DNA of 64,000 nt from Dehalococcoidia bacterium (GTDB taxonomy: Bacteria > Chloroflexota > Dehalococcoidia > Bin125), in NCBI GenBank assembly GCA_963663235.2, contig CAXXNO010000004.1, positions 800,001 to 864,000 of the forward strand, read 5' to 3'. This document shows positions 19,395-30,500 of this stretch, piece by piece (position 1 is the first letter of the stretch; every line of letters starts with the position of its first letter). The position numbers were made by a program, and so were the translations under genes. Below the pieces are notes generated by a model. That model saw nothing but the letters and a program-made list of their open reading frames with translations, was not told the DNA's origin and searched no databases.

Positions 19395-19436
19395 GGGCGA
19401 GAGCTAGGGGCGAGAGCCAAGGGCGACGGCTAGGGG
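19385..19436 (+). repeat. Degenerate tandem repeat, 4 x 13 bp (CGAGAGCTAGGGG), spanning the ADH stop codon
   Basis: Read directly. Confidence 0.85.
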
Positions 19437-19444
19437 CGGCGCGC

Positions 19445-20842
19445 TCAGACGTCCATCGTCGGGGGGTGCGAGGGCACGGTGAGGGGGCAGCCGGTGGCGG
19501 CCAGCACCTGGTCCCCCGTCACGCCGGGGGCGATCTCACGAAGCCGCAGCCCGTCCGGGGTCACATCGATCACGGCGAGGTTCGTGACGACCGTGCGGAC
19601 ACAGCGCCGACCCGTCACGGGCAAGGTGCAGGCCTCGACGAGCCGGGGCCGCCCATCGCGGGTGGTGTGCTCCATGACCACAATCAACTCGATGCCCCCG
19701 GCGACGAGGTCCATGGCGCCGCCGACGCCGGGCGCGCCGACGTTCGGCCGGACCCAGTTGGCGAGATCGCCGTCCTGCGACACCTGGTAGCCGCCGAGCA
19801 CCACCGCGTCCAGGTGGCCGCCGCGGATCATCGTGAACGAGGTGGCGCTATCGAAGATGGCGCTGCCGGGGATGTACTCGACGGGCAGGCTGCCGGCGTC
19901 GAAGATGTTGGGGTTCCAGCGATCCAGATCGGCGAGGCTGTGGTAGCCGAGGATGCCGTTCTCGCCCTGGAGCATGACCGACGCGTCGATCCGTTCCAGC
20001 CAACGGCCAACGAGCGTCGGCAGGCCGACGCCGAGATTGACGTACTTGTAGTCCGCGATCATGCGGGCGGCGCGCAGCCCCATCTGATCGCGGGAGATGC
20101 CGGGAATGGGTGCGCCGCCGCCGGACGGGTTGCGGCGGTAGCCGCGGCCCTCGGCCACGATCTCGTCGCGGGGGAGGTCGGCCGTGACCACGCGGTCCAC
20201 AAAGATGCCCGGGAGATGAACGGCCTCGGGGTCGAGGTGGCCCGCCGGGACGATGCGATCGGCCTCGACGATGACGGTCTCGGCGGCCGTGGCCATCGCG
20301 GTCTGGAAGTTGCGCAACGGGCCCTCGAAGCGGCAGTTGCCCACCTCATCGACGACGTTTGCGCGGAGCAGGGCGAAATCGGCGGAGAGCGCCGTCGCCA
20401 GCAGATAGGGGCGGCCGTTGAATTGACGCAACTCCTTGCCCTGGGCCAGATCCGTCTCCGCCGCCGTGGGCGTGTAGAAGGCGGCGATGCCCGCGCCGGC
20501 CGCGCGGATGCGCTCCACGAACGTCCCCTGCGGCACCATCTCCACCTCGACCTCGCCGGCCAAGAACTGATCCTCGAAGGCGGTCGGGCGACCGACCTGT
20601 CCAGCGCCCGAGCCGATGAAGCGCTTGACCAGCCGTCGATCGGCCAGGAGTTGCGGCGTGAAGCGACCGTGACTCATGGAATTGGCGATGACGGTGAGGT
20701 CGCCGGCGCCGTGGTCGGCCAAGGCGTGGATGAGGCTGCTCGGCCAGGAGACCGTCTGCGAGAAGCCGCCGATCATCACCGTCATGCCGGCGCGGACGTC
20801 GGAGACGGCTTCGCGGGGGGAGGCGACGACCTTGCTCTTCAT
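19445..20842 (-). CDS. Fused alpha/beta family I CoA-transferase (3-oxoacid CoA-transferase-like)
   Basis: PQGTFVERIRAAGAGI, VHLPGIFVD, YVNLGVGLP, GENG (catalytic Glu), GGAMDL. Confidence 0.92.
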   Translation of the reverse strand: MKSKVVASPREAVSDVRAGMTVMIGGFSQTVSWPSSLIHALADHGAGDLTVIANSMSHGRFTPQLLADRRLVKRFIGSGAGQVGRPTAFEDQFLAGEVEVEMVPQGTFVERIRAAGAGIAAFYTPTAAETDLAQGKELRQFNGRPYLLATALSADFALLRANVVDEVGNCRFEGPLRNFQTAMATAAETVIVEADRIVPAGHLDPEAVHLPGIFVDRVVTADLPRDEIVAEGRGYRRNPSGGGAPIPGISRDQMGLRAARMIADYKYVNLGVGLPTLVGRWLERIDASVMLQGENGILGYHSLADLDRWNPNIFDAGSLPVEYIPGSAIFDSATSFTMIRGGHLDAVVLGGYQVSQDGDLANWVRPNVGAPGVGGAMDLVAGGIELIVVMEHTTRDGRPRLVEACTLPVTGRRCVRTVVTNLAVIDVTPDGLRLREIAPGVTGDQVLAATGCPLTVPSHPPTMDV

Positions 20843-20863
20843 GCCGGCACCGTCACGGGGAAC

Positions 20864-22264
20864 TCAGAGGTCCATCGTCGGGGGGTCGGGCGGGCCCGCC
20901 AGCGGACAGCCAGTGGCCGCCACGACCTCCTCGGCCGTCACGCCGGGGGCCAGCTCGCGGAGGCGCAGACCGTCGGATGTCACGTCGATCACAGCAAGGT
21001 TGGTCACGATCGTGTTCACGCAGCGCCGACCCGAGACCGGGAGCGCGCACTCCGTGACGATGCGAGGTTTTCCATCGCGGGTGGAGTGCTCCATCAGCGC
21101 GATGAGCTCTCTCCGGCCCGCGATCAGGTCCATTGCGCCACCGATGAGCGGTGCGCCCCTCCCCGGGCGGCTCCAGTTGGCGAGATCGCCTTGCTCCGAC
21201 ACCTCGTAGGCGCCGAGCACCACGGCGTCCAGATGGCCGCCGCGGGCCATAGCGAAAGCGGAGGCGCTATCGACGATGGCTGCGCCCGGGATGAGCTCGG
21301 CCGGCTGGCTGCCGGCGTCGAACAGGTTGGGGTTCCAGCGGTCGGGATCGGAGAGGGCGCGGTAGCCGACGATGCCGTTCTCACCGTGCAGCACCACGGA
21401 GGAGCCGAGCCGCTCCAGCCAGCGGCCGGCGAGCACGGGCAGGCCGATGCCGAGATTCACGTAGCGGTAGCCCGCGATCATGCGGGCCACGCGCAGCCCC
21501 ATCTGCTCGCGCGAGATCCCGCGCCCGGCGCCCGTCTTGCCCGACACATCGCGGGGCTGGAGGCGCGCGACATCCAAACGCTCTTCGCGAGGGATCTCCA
21601 CGGCCACGACGCGGTCGATGAAGATGCCGGGCAGGTGCACGTCCTCGGGCTCGATCTCGCCGACGGGGACGATGCGCTCCGCCTCCACGACCACGGTGGC
21701 GGCAGCGGTGGCCATCACGGTCTGGAAGTTATGGGTGGAGCCCTCAAAGTGGCAGTTGCCGATTTCGTCCACGGCGTCGGCCCAGAGCAGCGCGATATCG
21801 GCGGAGAGGGCCGCCTCCAGGAGATGGGGGCGGCCGCCGAACTCCCGGACCTCGCGGCCGTCAGAGGCGAGATCGGTATCGGCCGCCGTGGGCGTGTAGA
21901 AGGCCGGAATGCCGGCCCCGGCGGCGCGGATGCGCTCCGCGAGGGTCCCCTGGGGGACGATCTCCACTTCGATCTCGCCGGCGAGGATGCGGTCTTCAAA
22001 GGGGGTTGGGCGGGCCACCTGCGAGGCCGCGGAGCCGATGTAGCGCTTGACCAGGCCCGCCTCGGCCAGCATCTGCGGCGCATAGCGGCCGTAGCCGATG
22101 GAACAGGAGATGACGGTCAGATCGCCGGCGCCGTGGTGAACCAAGGCGTTCATCAGCGTGGTCGGCAGGGACATCGTCGGGGCGAAGCCGCCGAGCATCA
22201 CAGACATGCCGGGCCGCACGTCGGAGACGGCCTCCAGGGCCGATGCGACCACCTTGCTCTTCAT
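20864..22264 (-). CDS. Fused alpha/beta family I CoA-transferase, tandem paralog
   Basis: MKSKVVAS start at 22264 with GGAGG RBS; PQGTLAERIRA, HGENG, GGAMDL. Confidence 0.92.
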   Translation of the reverse strand: MKSKVVASALEAVSDVRPGMSVMLGGFAPTMSLPTTLMNALVHHGAGDLTVISCSIGYGRYAPQMLAEAGLVKRYIGSAASQVARPTPFEDRILAGEIEVEIVPQGTLAERIRAAGAGIPAFYTPTAADTDLASDGREVREFGGRPHLLEAALSADIALLWADAVDEIGNCHFEGSTHNFQTVMATAAATVVVEAERIVPVGEIEPEDVHLPGIFIDRVVAVEIPREERLDVARLQPRDVSGKTGAGRGISREQMGLRVARMIAGYRYVNLGIGLPVLAGRWLERLGSSVVLHGENGIVGYRALSDPDRWNPNLFDAGSQPAELIPGAAIVDSASAFAMARGGHLDAVVLGAYEVSEQGDLANWSRPGRGAPLIGGAMDLIAGRRELIALMEHSTRDGKPRIVTECALPVSGRRCVNTIVTNLAVIDVTSDGLRLRELAPGVTAEEVVAATGCPLAGPPDPPTMDL

Positions 22265-22466
22265 TCGCGCCTGCCTCCGCGGACCCGGCGCACCTGCTGC
22301 GGCGGAGCGCCGTGGAAAGGAATATCGCACGCGCGGGCGGGCGTCGCCAGCGAGCGAAGGCCGGTCGCTCCGTCTCCCACGCCGTTCCAGGCGCCCGCCA
22401 TCCGCCCGCCCCGCGAGAGCCGCGCGGGACGGTCCACGCGGAGGCCGGCAGGGCTACGATGCCGGC

Positions 22467-23240
22467 ATGAGCGTGGAGACGGCTGCGGCCACCGATGTGG
22501 GCCGGGTGCGCGCGGGCAACGAAGACTTCATGGCCTTCAGCGCCCAGCCGGAGATCGAGACGGCGCTGCTGATAGTCGCCGATGGGATGGGTGGGGCGGC
22601 GGCGGGCGAAGTTGCCAGCGAACGAGCCGTCGAGGCGTTCCGCGAGCACATGGGCGCGCGCCTGCGCCAGTTGGCGCAGGCGCCGGAGGCGGAGATCGAG
22701 GCGGCGCTGGCGGACGGCGTGGCGGCGGCCAATGCGGAAGTGTGGGACCTAGCGCAAGCGCATCGCGAGTGGGCGGGGATGGGCACCACCCTGGTAGCGG
22801 CCTGCGTGCTGGGCGATAAGGCCTGGGTGGCGAACGTCGGGGATAGCCGAGCCTATCTAATCCACGACGGAAAGATTCGCCAACTGACTGTGGATCACAC
22901 GGTGGTGGGAGAGGCGGTGCGCGCCGGCTCCCTGACGGCCGCGCAGGCGGCCAGCAGCCCCTCCCGTCACATCCTCACGCGCGCCGTGGGAACAGGCGCG
23001 CAGGTCGAGGCCGACCTGTTCGGGCCGATCGCGCTGGCGGACGGGGACGCGCTGCTGCTGTCGTCGGACGGGCTGCACGGCGTGCTCAGCGACCCCGAGA
23101 TCGGCGCAATCACCAGCGGTTGTCCGCCGGCGGAGGCGCCGCAGCGGCTGATCGAGGCGGCCAACGCCAGAGGCGGCCCAGACAACATCACGGTGGTGGT
23201 GGCGCGGTACACGGCGAAGCGGCGCGTCGCGGCCGCGTGA
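22467..23240 (+). CDS. PP2C-family Ser/Thr protein phosphatase
   Basis: TDVGRVRAGNED, VADGMGG, GMGTT, NVGDSRAY, SDGL, GGPDNIT. TACGAT 6 nt before the ATG suggests a leaderless transcript. Confidence 0.93.
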   Translation: MSVETAAATDVGRVRAGNEDFMAFSAQPEIETALLIVADGMGGAAAGEVASERAVEAFREHMGARLRQLAQAPEAEIEAALADGVAAANAEVWDLAQAHREWAGMGTTLVAACVLGDKAWVANVGDSRAYLIHDGKIRQLTVDHTVVGEAVRAGSLTAAQAASSPSRHILTRAVGTGAQVEADLFGPIALADGDALLLSSDGLHGVLSDPEIGAITSGCPPAEAPQRLIEAANARGGPDNITVVVARYTAKRRVAAA

Positions 23241-23306
23241 GCGGCCTCCCGAGGTGGAACGGTGCTAGGCTGCGCGGCCCAAGCCGGGCGGGAGGGGAGC
23301 GGGACG

Positions 23307-24467
23307 ATGCAAGGGAGCGACGAGCGGATCCTCACGACGCACGTCGGCAGCCTGCCGCGCAACCCCCGGCTCGCGGACCTGCTGATCCGACGCGAGCAGG
23401 GCGAGCGCATCGAGCAGGCGGAGTTCGAGCAGCAGACCGAGGCGGCGATCGCGTCCGTGGTGCACCACCAAGTGGAGGCGGGCGTCGACGTGATCAACGA
23501 TGGAGAGCAGCCTCGCCCGGGCTTCTCCACCTATGTGGCGCAACGCATGCAAGGGTTCGGGGGCGAGAGCGATCGACCCGTCCTGCAGGACATGGACGAG
23601 TTCCCCGACTACGCGGAGATGATCGTGGCACGCCTGCGCACCACGGCCAAGATGATGAATGCGCCGCAGGCGGTCGCCGAGGTGTCCTACGAGGACCTGA
23701 GCGAGGCGGAGCAGGAGTGCGACCTGTTCCTGCGGGCCAGCGCGGCGCAATCGTCGCGGATCCGCGAGCGCTTCATGACGGCGGCGTCGCCGGGGATCAT
23801 CTCCACCACCCTGCTCAACGCCCACTACGCGACGCACGAGGACTACGTCTTTGCCCTGGCGCGCGAGATGAAGAAGGAGTACGAGCTCGTCCACGCGAAA
23901 GGGCTGGTGCTCCAGATCGACTGCCCGGACCTGGCGATGGAGTGGTCGTTCGCGCTGAAGGAGACGTCGCTGAAGCGTTTCCAGGAGCTGGTGGCCACGC
24001 ACGTGGAGGCGATCAACATCGCCACGGAGAATATCCCGGCGGAGCGCATCCGGCTGCACGTCTGCTGGGGCAACTACGACGGCCCTCACATCCACGACAT
24101 CGCCCTGGCGGACATCCTGCCGATCCTCTACGAGGCGAAGGTGGGGGCGCTATCGCTGCCGCTGGCGAATCCGCGTCACCAGCACGAGTACGCGGTGATC
24201 AAGCAGAACCCGCCGCCGGCATCGATGCTATTCCTGCCGGGCGTGATCGATTCCACCACGAACTACGTGGAGCATCCCGAGGTCGTGGCGCAGCGGATCA
24301 CGGAGGCGGTTGACGCGGCGGGGGACCGGAGCCGGGTGATCGCGTCGACGGATTGCGGGTTCGGGACGTTCGCGGGCTGGCAGATGGTGGCGGAGAGCGT
24401 GGTCTGGGCCAAACTGCGCGCGCTCACGGATGGCGCGGCGCTGGCCAGCCAGCGGCTGTGGGGCTGA
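23307..24467 (+). CDS. Cobalamin-independent methionine synthase II-like protein (MetE C-terminal / epoxyalkane:CoM transferase family)
   Basis: TTHVGSLPR, DGEQ, QIDCPDLA, HVCWGN, PGVID, STDCGFGT. Confidence 0.88.
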   Translation: MQGSDERILTTHVGSLPRNPRLADLLIRREQGERIEQAEFEQQTEAAIASVVHHQVEAGVDVINDGEQPRPGFSTYVAQRMQGFGGESDRPVLQDMDEFPDYAEMIVARLRTTAKMMNAPQAVAEVSYEDLSEAEQECDLFLRASAAQSSRIRERFMTAASPGIISTTLLNAHYATHEDYVFALAREMKKEYELVHAKGLVLQIDCPDLAMEWSFALKETSLKRFQELVATHVEAINIATENIPAERIRLHVCWGNYDGPHIHDIALADILPILYEAKVGALSLPLANPRHQHEYAVIKQNPPPASMLFLPGVIDSTTNYVEHPEVVAQRITEAVDAAGDRSRVIASTDCGFGTFAGWQMVAESVVWAKLRALTDGAALASQRLWG

Positions 24468-24486
24468 GCGCGGCGACGGCCGCGGG

Positions 24487-25413
24487 CTAGACGAAGATCG
24501 CTTTGGGCAGGTACGCGGCGATGATCCAGTTGGGCTGGTCCACGATCTCGCTGATGCGCAGGTCGACGGCCACGCTGCACAGCAGATAGGCCAGAACAGG
24601 GTCGAGTCCGTATTCGCGGCCCAGGTGGTCGATCATGTCGCGGACCGCATCCTTCGCCGCGTCCATGAGGTCCGGGCCGATGCCCGTGGTGACGTAGTAG
24701 CCGCGCTCGTCGACGTGGCGGGTGGGGCTGCCGCCGATCTCGAAGCGGGGGCGGCGAAAGTTGGCCTGCTTCACGAGATCGAAGCGCAGGTGGACGTCCA
24801 TCGACGTCTCGACGGCGGTGCCGCAGACTTCGCCGTCCCCCTGCGCGGCGTGCGTATCGCCGACGGAGAAGAGGGCACCGGGCACCTGCACCGGGAGCCA
24901 GAGCCGGGCGCCGATGGTGAGGTCGCGGATGTCCATGTTGCCGCCCACATCGCGGGGCGGCACGACGGAATGCAGCCCCGGCTCGGCCGGGGCCAGGCCC
25001 ATGGTGCCGGCGAAGGGACGGAAGGGGAGCCGGATGCCGGGCTCGAACTCGACGCCGTCGGGGCTGTAGCGAGAGAGGTGGTAGGCGGGGTCGGGGAAGT
25101 CATCGGCGAGGAGCCCGAAGCCGGGAATCACCGCGGTCCAGCCCCAGCCGCTCTCCTTGAGGTCGAGGATCTCCACGAGCAGGGCATCGCCCGGCTGCGC
25201 GCCCTCCACGAACACCGGTCCCACCACCGGATTGACGCGGGCAAAGTCCAGCTTGGGCACATCCGCCGAGGTGGTGGATTGGGTGTATTGTCCGCTGCTG
25301 GCGTCGGTGACCTCAAAGGTGAGCGCCTCGCCCGGCGCAACGCGGATCGCCGGCTCGAAGCTGTTGTCCCAGCCGAAATTGTGCTGTGCGCGGTGGATGG
25401 TTCGCGCCGCCAT
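24487..25413 (-). CDS. Acetamidase/formamidase family protein
   Basis: NPVVGPVFVEGAQPGD, GGNMD, FSVGDTHAAQGDGEVCGTAVE; GGGAGG RBS before ATG 25413. Confidence 0.92.
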   Translation of the reverse strand: MAARTIHRAQHNFGWDNSFEPAIRVAPGEALTFEVTDASSGQYTQSTTSADVPKLDFARVNPVVGPVFVEGAQPGDALLVEILDLKESGWGWTAVIPGFGLLADDFPDPAYHLSRYSPDGVEFEPGIRLPFRPFAGTMGLAPAEPGLHSVVPPRDVGGNMDIRDLTIGARLWLPVQVPGALFSVGDTHAAQGDGEVCGTAVETSMDVHLRFDLVKQANFRRPRFEIGGSPTRHVDERGYYVTTGIGPDLMDAAKDAVRDMIDHLGREYGLDPVLAYLLCSVAVDLRISEIVDQPNWIIAAYLPKAIFV

Positions 25414-25610
25414 GCGCGGCCCTCCCCTCTCGATCAGATGGGTGGCAGGCCGCCCGAGATGGCGGCCTGCCAGGGAGTCTAGCAACGCGCGGCTCGCGGC
25501 GCGGGACCGGAACAGGGCCTGCCTCACTTGTGCCAAGCGGACGCTTGATCGAGCATACGAAGCGCGGGCACGAGACGTCTCCACCAGTCCAGGTCAGAGC
25601 GGAGTGCCCC

Positions 25611-27428
25611 ATGCACCCGCCCCGCGTATCGCGCTACGCCGTGATCATCGCTCTCTACGGCCTGCTCATGCTGCTGCTGCCGGCGGTCGCCGGCGCGCAA
25701 GCGCAAGATCCGCCCCTGGCCTCATTCACGCTGGAGCCCGAGCTGGGAACGGTCCCCCACACCGTCCGGTTCACGGACACCTCGCAAGGGGCGGAGACGT
25801 GGAGCTGGGACTTCGGGGACGGCGCCACCAGCGGCGACCAGCATCCCCAGCATATGTACGTCCGGCCGGGCCGCTTCACGATCGAGCTGGAGGTGTGCAA
25901 CCCGGCCGGTTGCGACAGCGCTTCAGCCGGGGTGAGCGTCGAGGGACTGGACGCGCTGGACGGAGGTCAAATCTTCGATGGCGGGACCGTGTACGGCGCC
26001 ATCAACGATGTCACCGATGTCGACCGCTGGAGCTTTGAGGCGGAGGAGGGTGACGTCGTCACGATCGTGGCGGACGCAGCGGCCGGCTCCTTCTTGGAGA
26101 CGGCGGTGCGGCTGTTTGGGCCGGACGGCGAAGTGGTCGCGGCTTCGGAACCGTTCGGCTTCGATTTCACGAGTTTGGCCGAGATCAGTGATCTGCGGCT
26201 GCCCGCCAGCGGCACGTACGCGATCGAGACGAGCGGGCGCTTCGGCACCACGGGCGCTTACGAACTGACGCTTACGTTGCGCTCGACAACGGCCGTCAGC
26301 GCCAGTTTCGACCCGGCGTCCGACATCGGCGTGGCTCCAGCCGTGATCGCGTTCCAGAATCACTCGCGCAATGCGACCTCGTACCACTGGGATTTCGGGG
26401 ACGGCGGGACGAGCGAAAGCATCAACCCGGTACACCGCTACGACGCCGGCGGCGTGTACGAAATTGGTTTGACGGCGTGTCGTGGCGAGGAGTGCGGCGA
26501 GGCCACGCAGACGGTGGTGATCGAGGCCAGCGACGGCGGCAGCCTGCCAGACGGTGTCCCCGTGACGGGGCGCCTGGATTATGAGCAGGACGTTGACCTC
26601 TGGACCTTCTATGCGTCGCACGGAACCGAGGTGACGATTGAGCTGGTCGCCGTCGACGAGGCGTTCGATCCCCGAATGTTCCTCATCGGCCCGGGGGATC
26701 GGGTGTTCGCGTTCGACGACGACAGCGGCGTGGGGCTGAACTCGCTCATCGACGCCTTCACCATTCCGTTCGCAGGGACGTATGCCATCGAGGTCGGGGC
26801 CTTCTCGGCGCCCGAGCCCGCGGACTATGAGCTGCTGTTGCGCATCGACCGGGAGCCGATAGTGCAAGCGAGCGTGGACGTTTTCGCGCTCGGGTTCACC
26901 GCGCCCGCGGAGGTTTTCTTCACGGACACGTCGCGCGGCAGTCCCACGTCGCACCGCTGGGACTTTGGAGACGGCAGCAGTGGGACCGGCGGCAGCGTCT
27001 CTCACCGGTACGAGGAACCGGGAAGGTTCGTGGTCCGGCTGGAAACGTGCAATATCCGCTCCTGCGGCGAGTGGACGGTGCTGTTGCGCATTGCGGCCGA
27101 AGATGATGGGGGCGCGATTGCGCTGAACCAGACGGCCTTCGGCGCGATCAACGGGCCCGGCGATGTGGACGAGTGGCTGCTGGAGGGGACGGCGGGCCTG
27201 GTGGTGACCATCGGGGTGCGTGCGGACGACTTCAGCTTCTTCGACCCCGTGCTGGAGCTACTGGGGCCGGACGGTGCGCTGGTGGCGCTGGACGACGACA
27301 GCGGCGGCGCGCTGCAACCGCTGCTCGCGGATGTGATCTTGCCAGCGGACGGCACCTACACGATCCGGGTGCGTGGCTTCAACGACGCGCTGGACATTGG
27401 CGCCTACCGCATCGAGGTCAGCGGCTAA
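25611..27428 (+). CDS. Secreted protein with three PKD + PPC domain pairs
   Basis: Signal peptide ending VAGAQA; three WDFGDG PKD motifs, each followed by a PPC-like module (D.W.F...G..VTI...L.GPDG...DD.G...P..GTY.I). Confidence 0.85.
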   Translation: MHPPRVSRYAVIIALYGLLMLLLPAVAGAQAQDPPLASFTLEPELGTVPHTVRFTDTSQGAETWSWDFGDGATSGDQHPQHMYVRPGRFTIELEVCNPAGCDSASAGVSVEGLDALDGGQIFDGGTVYGAINDVTDVDRWSFEAEEGDVVTIVADAAAGSFLETAVRLFGPDGEVVAASEPFGFDFTSLAEISDLRLPASGTYAIETSGRFGTTGAYELTLTLRSTTAVSASFDPASDIGVAPAVIAFQNHSRNATSYHWDFGDGGTSESINPVHRYDAGGVYEIGLTACRGEECGEATQTVVIEASDGGSLPDGVPVTGRLDYEQDVDLWTFYASHGTEVTIELVAVDEAFDPRMFLIGPGDRVFAFDDDSGVGLNSLIDAFTIPFAGTYAIEVGAFSAPEPADYELLLRIDREPIVQASVDVFALGFTAPAEVFFTDTSRGSPTSHRWDFGDGSSGTGGSVSHRYEEPGRFVVRLETCNIRSCGEWTVLLRIAAEDDGGAIALNQTAFGAINGPGDVDEWLLEGTAGLVVTIGVRADDFSFFDPVLELLGPDGALVALDDDSGGALQPLLADVILPADGTYTIRVRGFNDALDIGAYRIEVSG

Positions 27429-27542
27429 ACCGGCGGCAGGGGCGGGCAGGGCCGATTCAGGGGCCCGATAGCGCTCCGGACGAGCGGTCAGGGTGTCGAT
27501 GATCGATCGTCGGCGGAGATCGCCGGCGGGGGTAGCGCGCCC

Positions 27543-30500
27543 ATGTCCGAGCGGGGAACTCCACGGCTTCGCACGCCGCCAGCCGCCCCGGTACCGATGC
27601 TGATCTGGGACGCGGGGCGGCGCGTGCTGTTCGTCAATGACGCCGGGTGCGATCTGTTGGGGTGTGAGCGTGAGGGGATCGTAGGGCAATCCGTCGACGC
27701 CCTGACGGCGAACCTGGACGGTGCGGAGCAGCCCGCGTGGCGCGTCATTGACCGCCACGACGGGACTTTCCTGGGGATCGGCGGCGACCTGTGTGAGCCC
27801 GACCCGGCGGTGGCGCCGTCAGCCGGAGCGGACGATCTGTACCGCGCGACGCTGCACGCGCTCTCGGATCCGATCATCGTCGTTGACGAGTCCGGCACGA
27901 TCATCGCGGTGAACGAGACTTGGCGCGCGCGCTGGCAACGCGTGGCCCACTACGAGGACGAGTTTCGCGTCGGGCGCGACTACCTTCAGGATCTCGATGC
28001 GCTCGCCGACGACATGTTTCCGCTCCGACGGGAGCTCGCCGCGGGGGTTCGAGACGTCCTTGCGGGCCGGCGTGAGCGGTTCTCCATCGAGCTGCCGTGG
28101 GTCGCGGAGGACCAAACCTATTGGCATGAGACGCGTGTGACGCCGCTGGGCGGTGCGGGGCCGCGTCGCATTGTGGTGGCGGTCCGCGGCATCACCAAGC
28201 TCAAGCAGACGCATGACGCCTTGCTGCGGGCGCGCGATGAAGCGGAGGCGATCGCCTCCGTGGCGCGGGACCTGGGGGGATCGCTGCATCTAGACGAGTT
28301 GCTGCAGCGCATCGTGGGGCATGCGCGCAGGTTGACCAGCAGCGATCTGAGCTACATCGCGGTCCGGGGACACTCCGGCGAGCGGATGTGGATCGTGGCG
28401 GAGCACGGCGCCCGCAACCCTGCCGTGCTGGGCCGGTCATTCAGCGGGGATCACGGCCTGGCGGCGCGAGCGCTGGAGACGGGCGGTCCGGTCAGCGCCC
28501 ACGACTGCCTGCAGAGCCCGGGGCCAAGCGGGGTGGAGTACGAGATCGCGCGGGAGGAAGGGCTGGCGGCGCTTGCGGCCGTGCCGGTGCAGGCCGGGCC
28601 GGACTGTGTGGCGCTGCTCTACGTGGGGCAGCGGGCGCAGCGGCGCTACGCCGACTCGGACCTCTCCCTGCTGTCCCGCCTAGCCGACCAAGCGGTGGCC
28701 ACCCTGCGCAACGCGGCGCTCTATGCGGAGCTGGCCGCCTCCAACGCGGATCTGGAGCGGTCCGCGACGCGGGCCAAGGAGCTGGCCGCGACCGCCCAGG
28801 AGGCGACGGCGCTGAAGTCCGAGTTTCTGGCCACCATGAGCCACGAGATCCGCACGCCCCTGGCCGCGGTCATCGGCATCACAGATCTGCTGCTGGCGAC
28901 GCCGCTCAACGAGGAGCAGCGGGAGTTCGCCGGCATCGCCCGTAATTCCGCCAGCCTGCTCTTGGACCTGATCAACGACATTCTGGACTTTTCCAAGATC
29001 GAGGCAGGGAAGCTCAGCACCGAATGGGTCGAGTTCGAGCCGCGAGTGGTGGTCGAAGAGATGGCCGAGTTGCTGAGCCCCACGGCGCACCAGAAGCACG
29101 TCTCCCTCGCGACATTTGTGGCGCCGGAGGCGCCGGCGGCCGTGCGGGGTGACGCGGCGCGGTTACGCCAGATCCTGCTCAACCTGATCGGCAACGCGGT
29201 GAAATTTACCGACGCCGGTGAGGTAGTTGTGCGCGCGACGGTCGAAGCGGCGGAAGACGCCCCCCTGACGATGCGGTTCTCCGTCAGCGATACGGGGATC
29301 GGGCTTTCCGAGGTGGCGCGGCGGCAGCTGTTCCAGCCGTTCACGCAGTCCGATGGATCAATGGCGCGCAAGTACGGGGGCACGGGGCTAGGGCCCGCGA
29401 TCTGTAAGCGGCTGGTGGGGCTGCTGGGCGGGGAGATCGGCGTCGAAAGCGAGGAGGGGCGCGGCTCCACGTTCTGGGTGACGCTGCCGTTCGCGCCCGT
29501 GGAAGCGCCGTCAGAGCGGGCCGATGTGACGCGGCTCGCGGGCCTGCGGATCCTGGTGGCCGACGCGGACCGGACGCAGCGCGAGATCACGGAGCGCTAC
29601 CTTGCGGCGCGGGGCGGCGCGGCTGTGTGCGCCACGACGACGGAGGAGGCGCTGGCGCTGCTTCAGCAGCAGGCGGCGGCGGGTGAACCGTTCGACGTGG
29701 TCGTCGTGGACCGCGCGCTGGCGCCGGACCGCGGCTTCGAGGCGGCCAGCGCGGCGACGCCCGTGGTCCTCCTCAGCGGCTTTGACCTCCCGCCCCGCGC
29801 TGAGGCCCCGATGCGGCTTGGTGTCGCCGCGCGCGTGCGGAAGCCGGTCAAGGAGCACGCGCTGGTGGAGGCCGTCGCGGAGGCGGCCGGGCGCGGGGAG
29901 GCCCGGGACGGGACGGCCGGGCGGGCGGCCTCGCCGGCGGAGCCGACGGTCCCAACCCACATAGACCGCCGCATCCTGGTGGCCGAAGACAACCCCGTCA
30001 ACCAACGTGTGGCCGCTCTCCAGTTGGAGCGGTTGGGCTATCGGGTGGAGGTGGTGAGCAATGGACGTGAGGCCGTGGAGGCGTGCGAGCGGTCGGCGTA
30101 CGCGCTGGTGCTGATGGATTGCCAGATGCCGGAGATGGACGGCTATGAAGCGACCCGACGCATCCGCGAACGGGAGGCGGGAGGGGAGCGTCGCGTGCCG
30201 ATCGTGGCGTTAAGCGCCAACACGATGAAGGACGAGCGTGAGGCTTGCGGGCGCGCCGGCATGGACGACTACCTCGCCAAACCGGTGAAGGCGGACGAAC
30301 TGCGGGAGACGATGGAACGGTGGATCGCGGGGCCGGATGAGACCGCGCGGGACGAGCCCGGCGCGGGAGCGCCGGCGGGAGCGCCGGCGGGGGAGCCGGT
30401 GGATCGGGCGATTCTGCAGGGACTGCGGCGGTTAAGCGCCGAGGGCAAGCCCGGCTTCCTGGACGAAGTGGTGCATCTCTATACGGGCGAAACGCCAAAG

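Noticed and set aside
19466-22819. 1117-aa plus-strand ORF
   Set aside because: Antisense to the two CoA-transferase genes; no recognisable domain.
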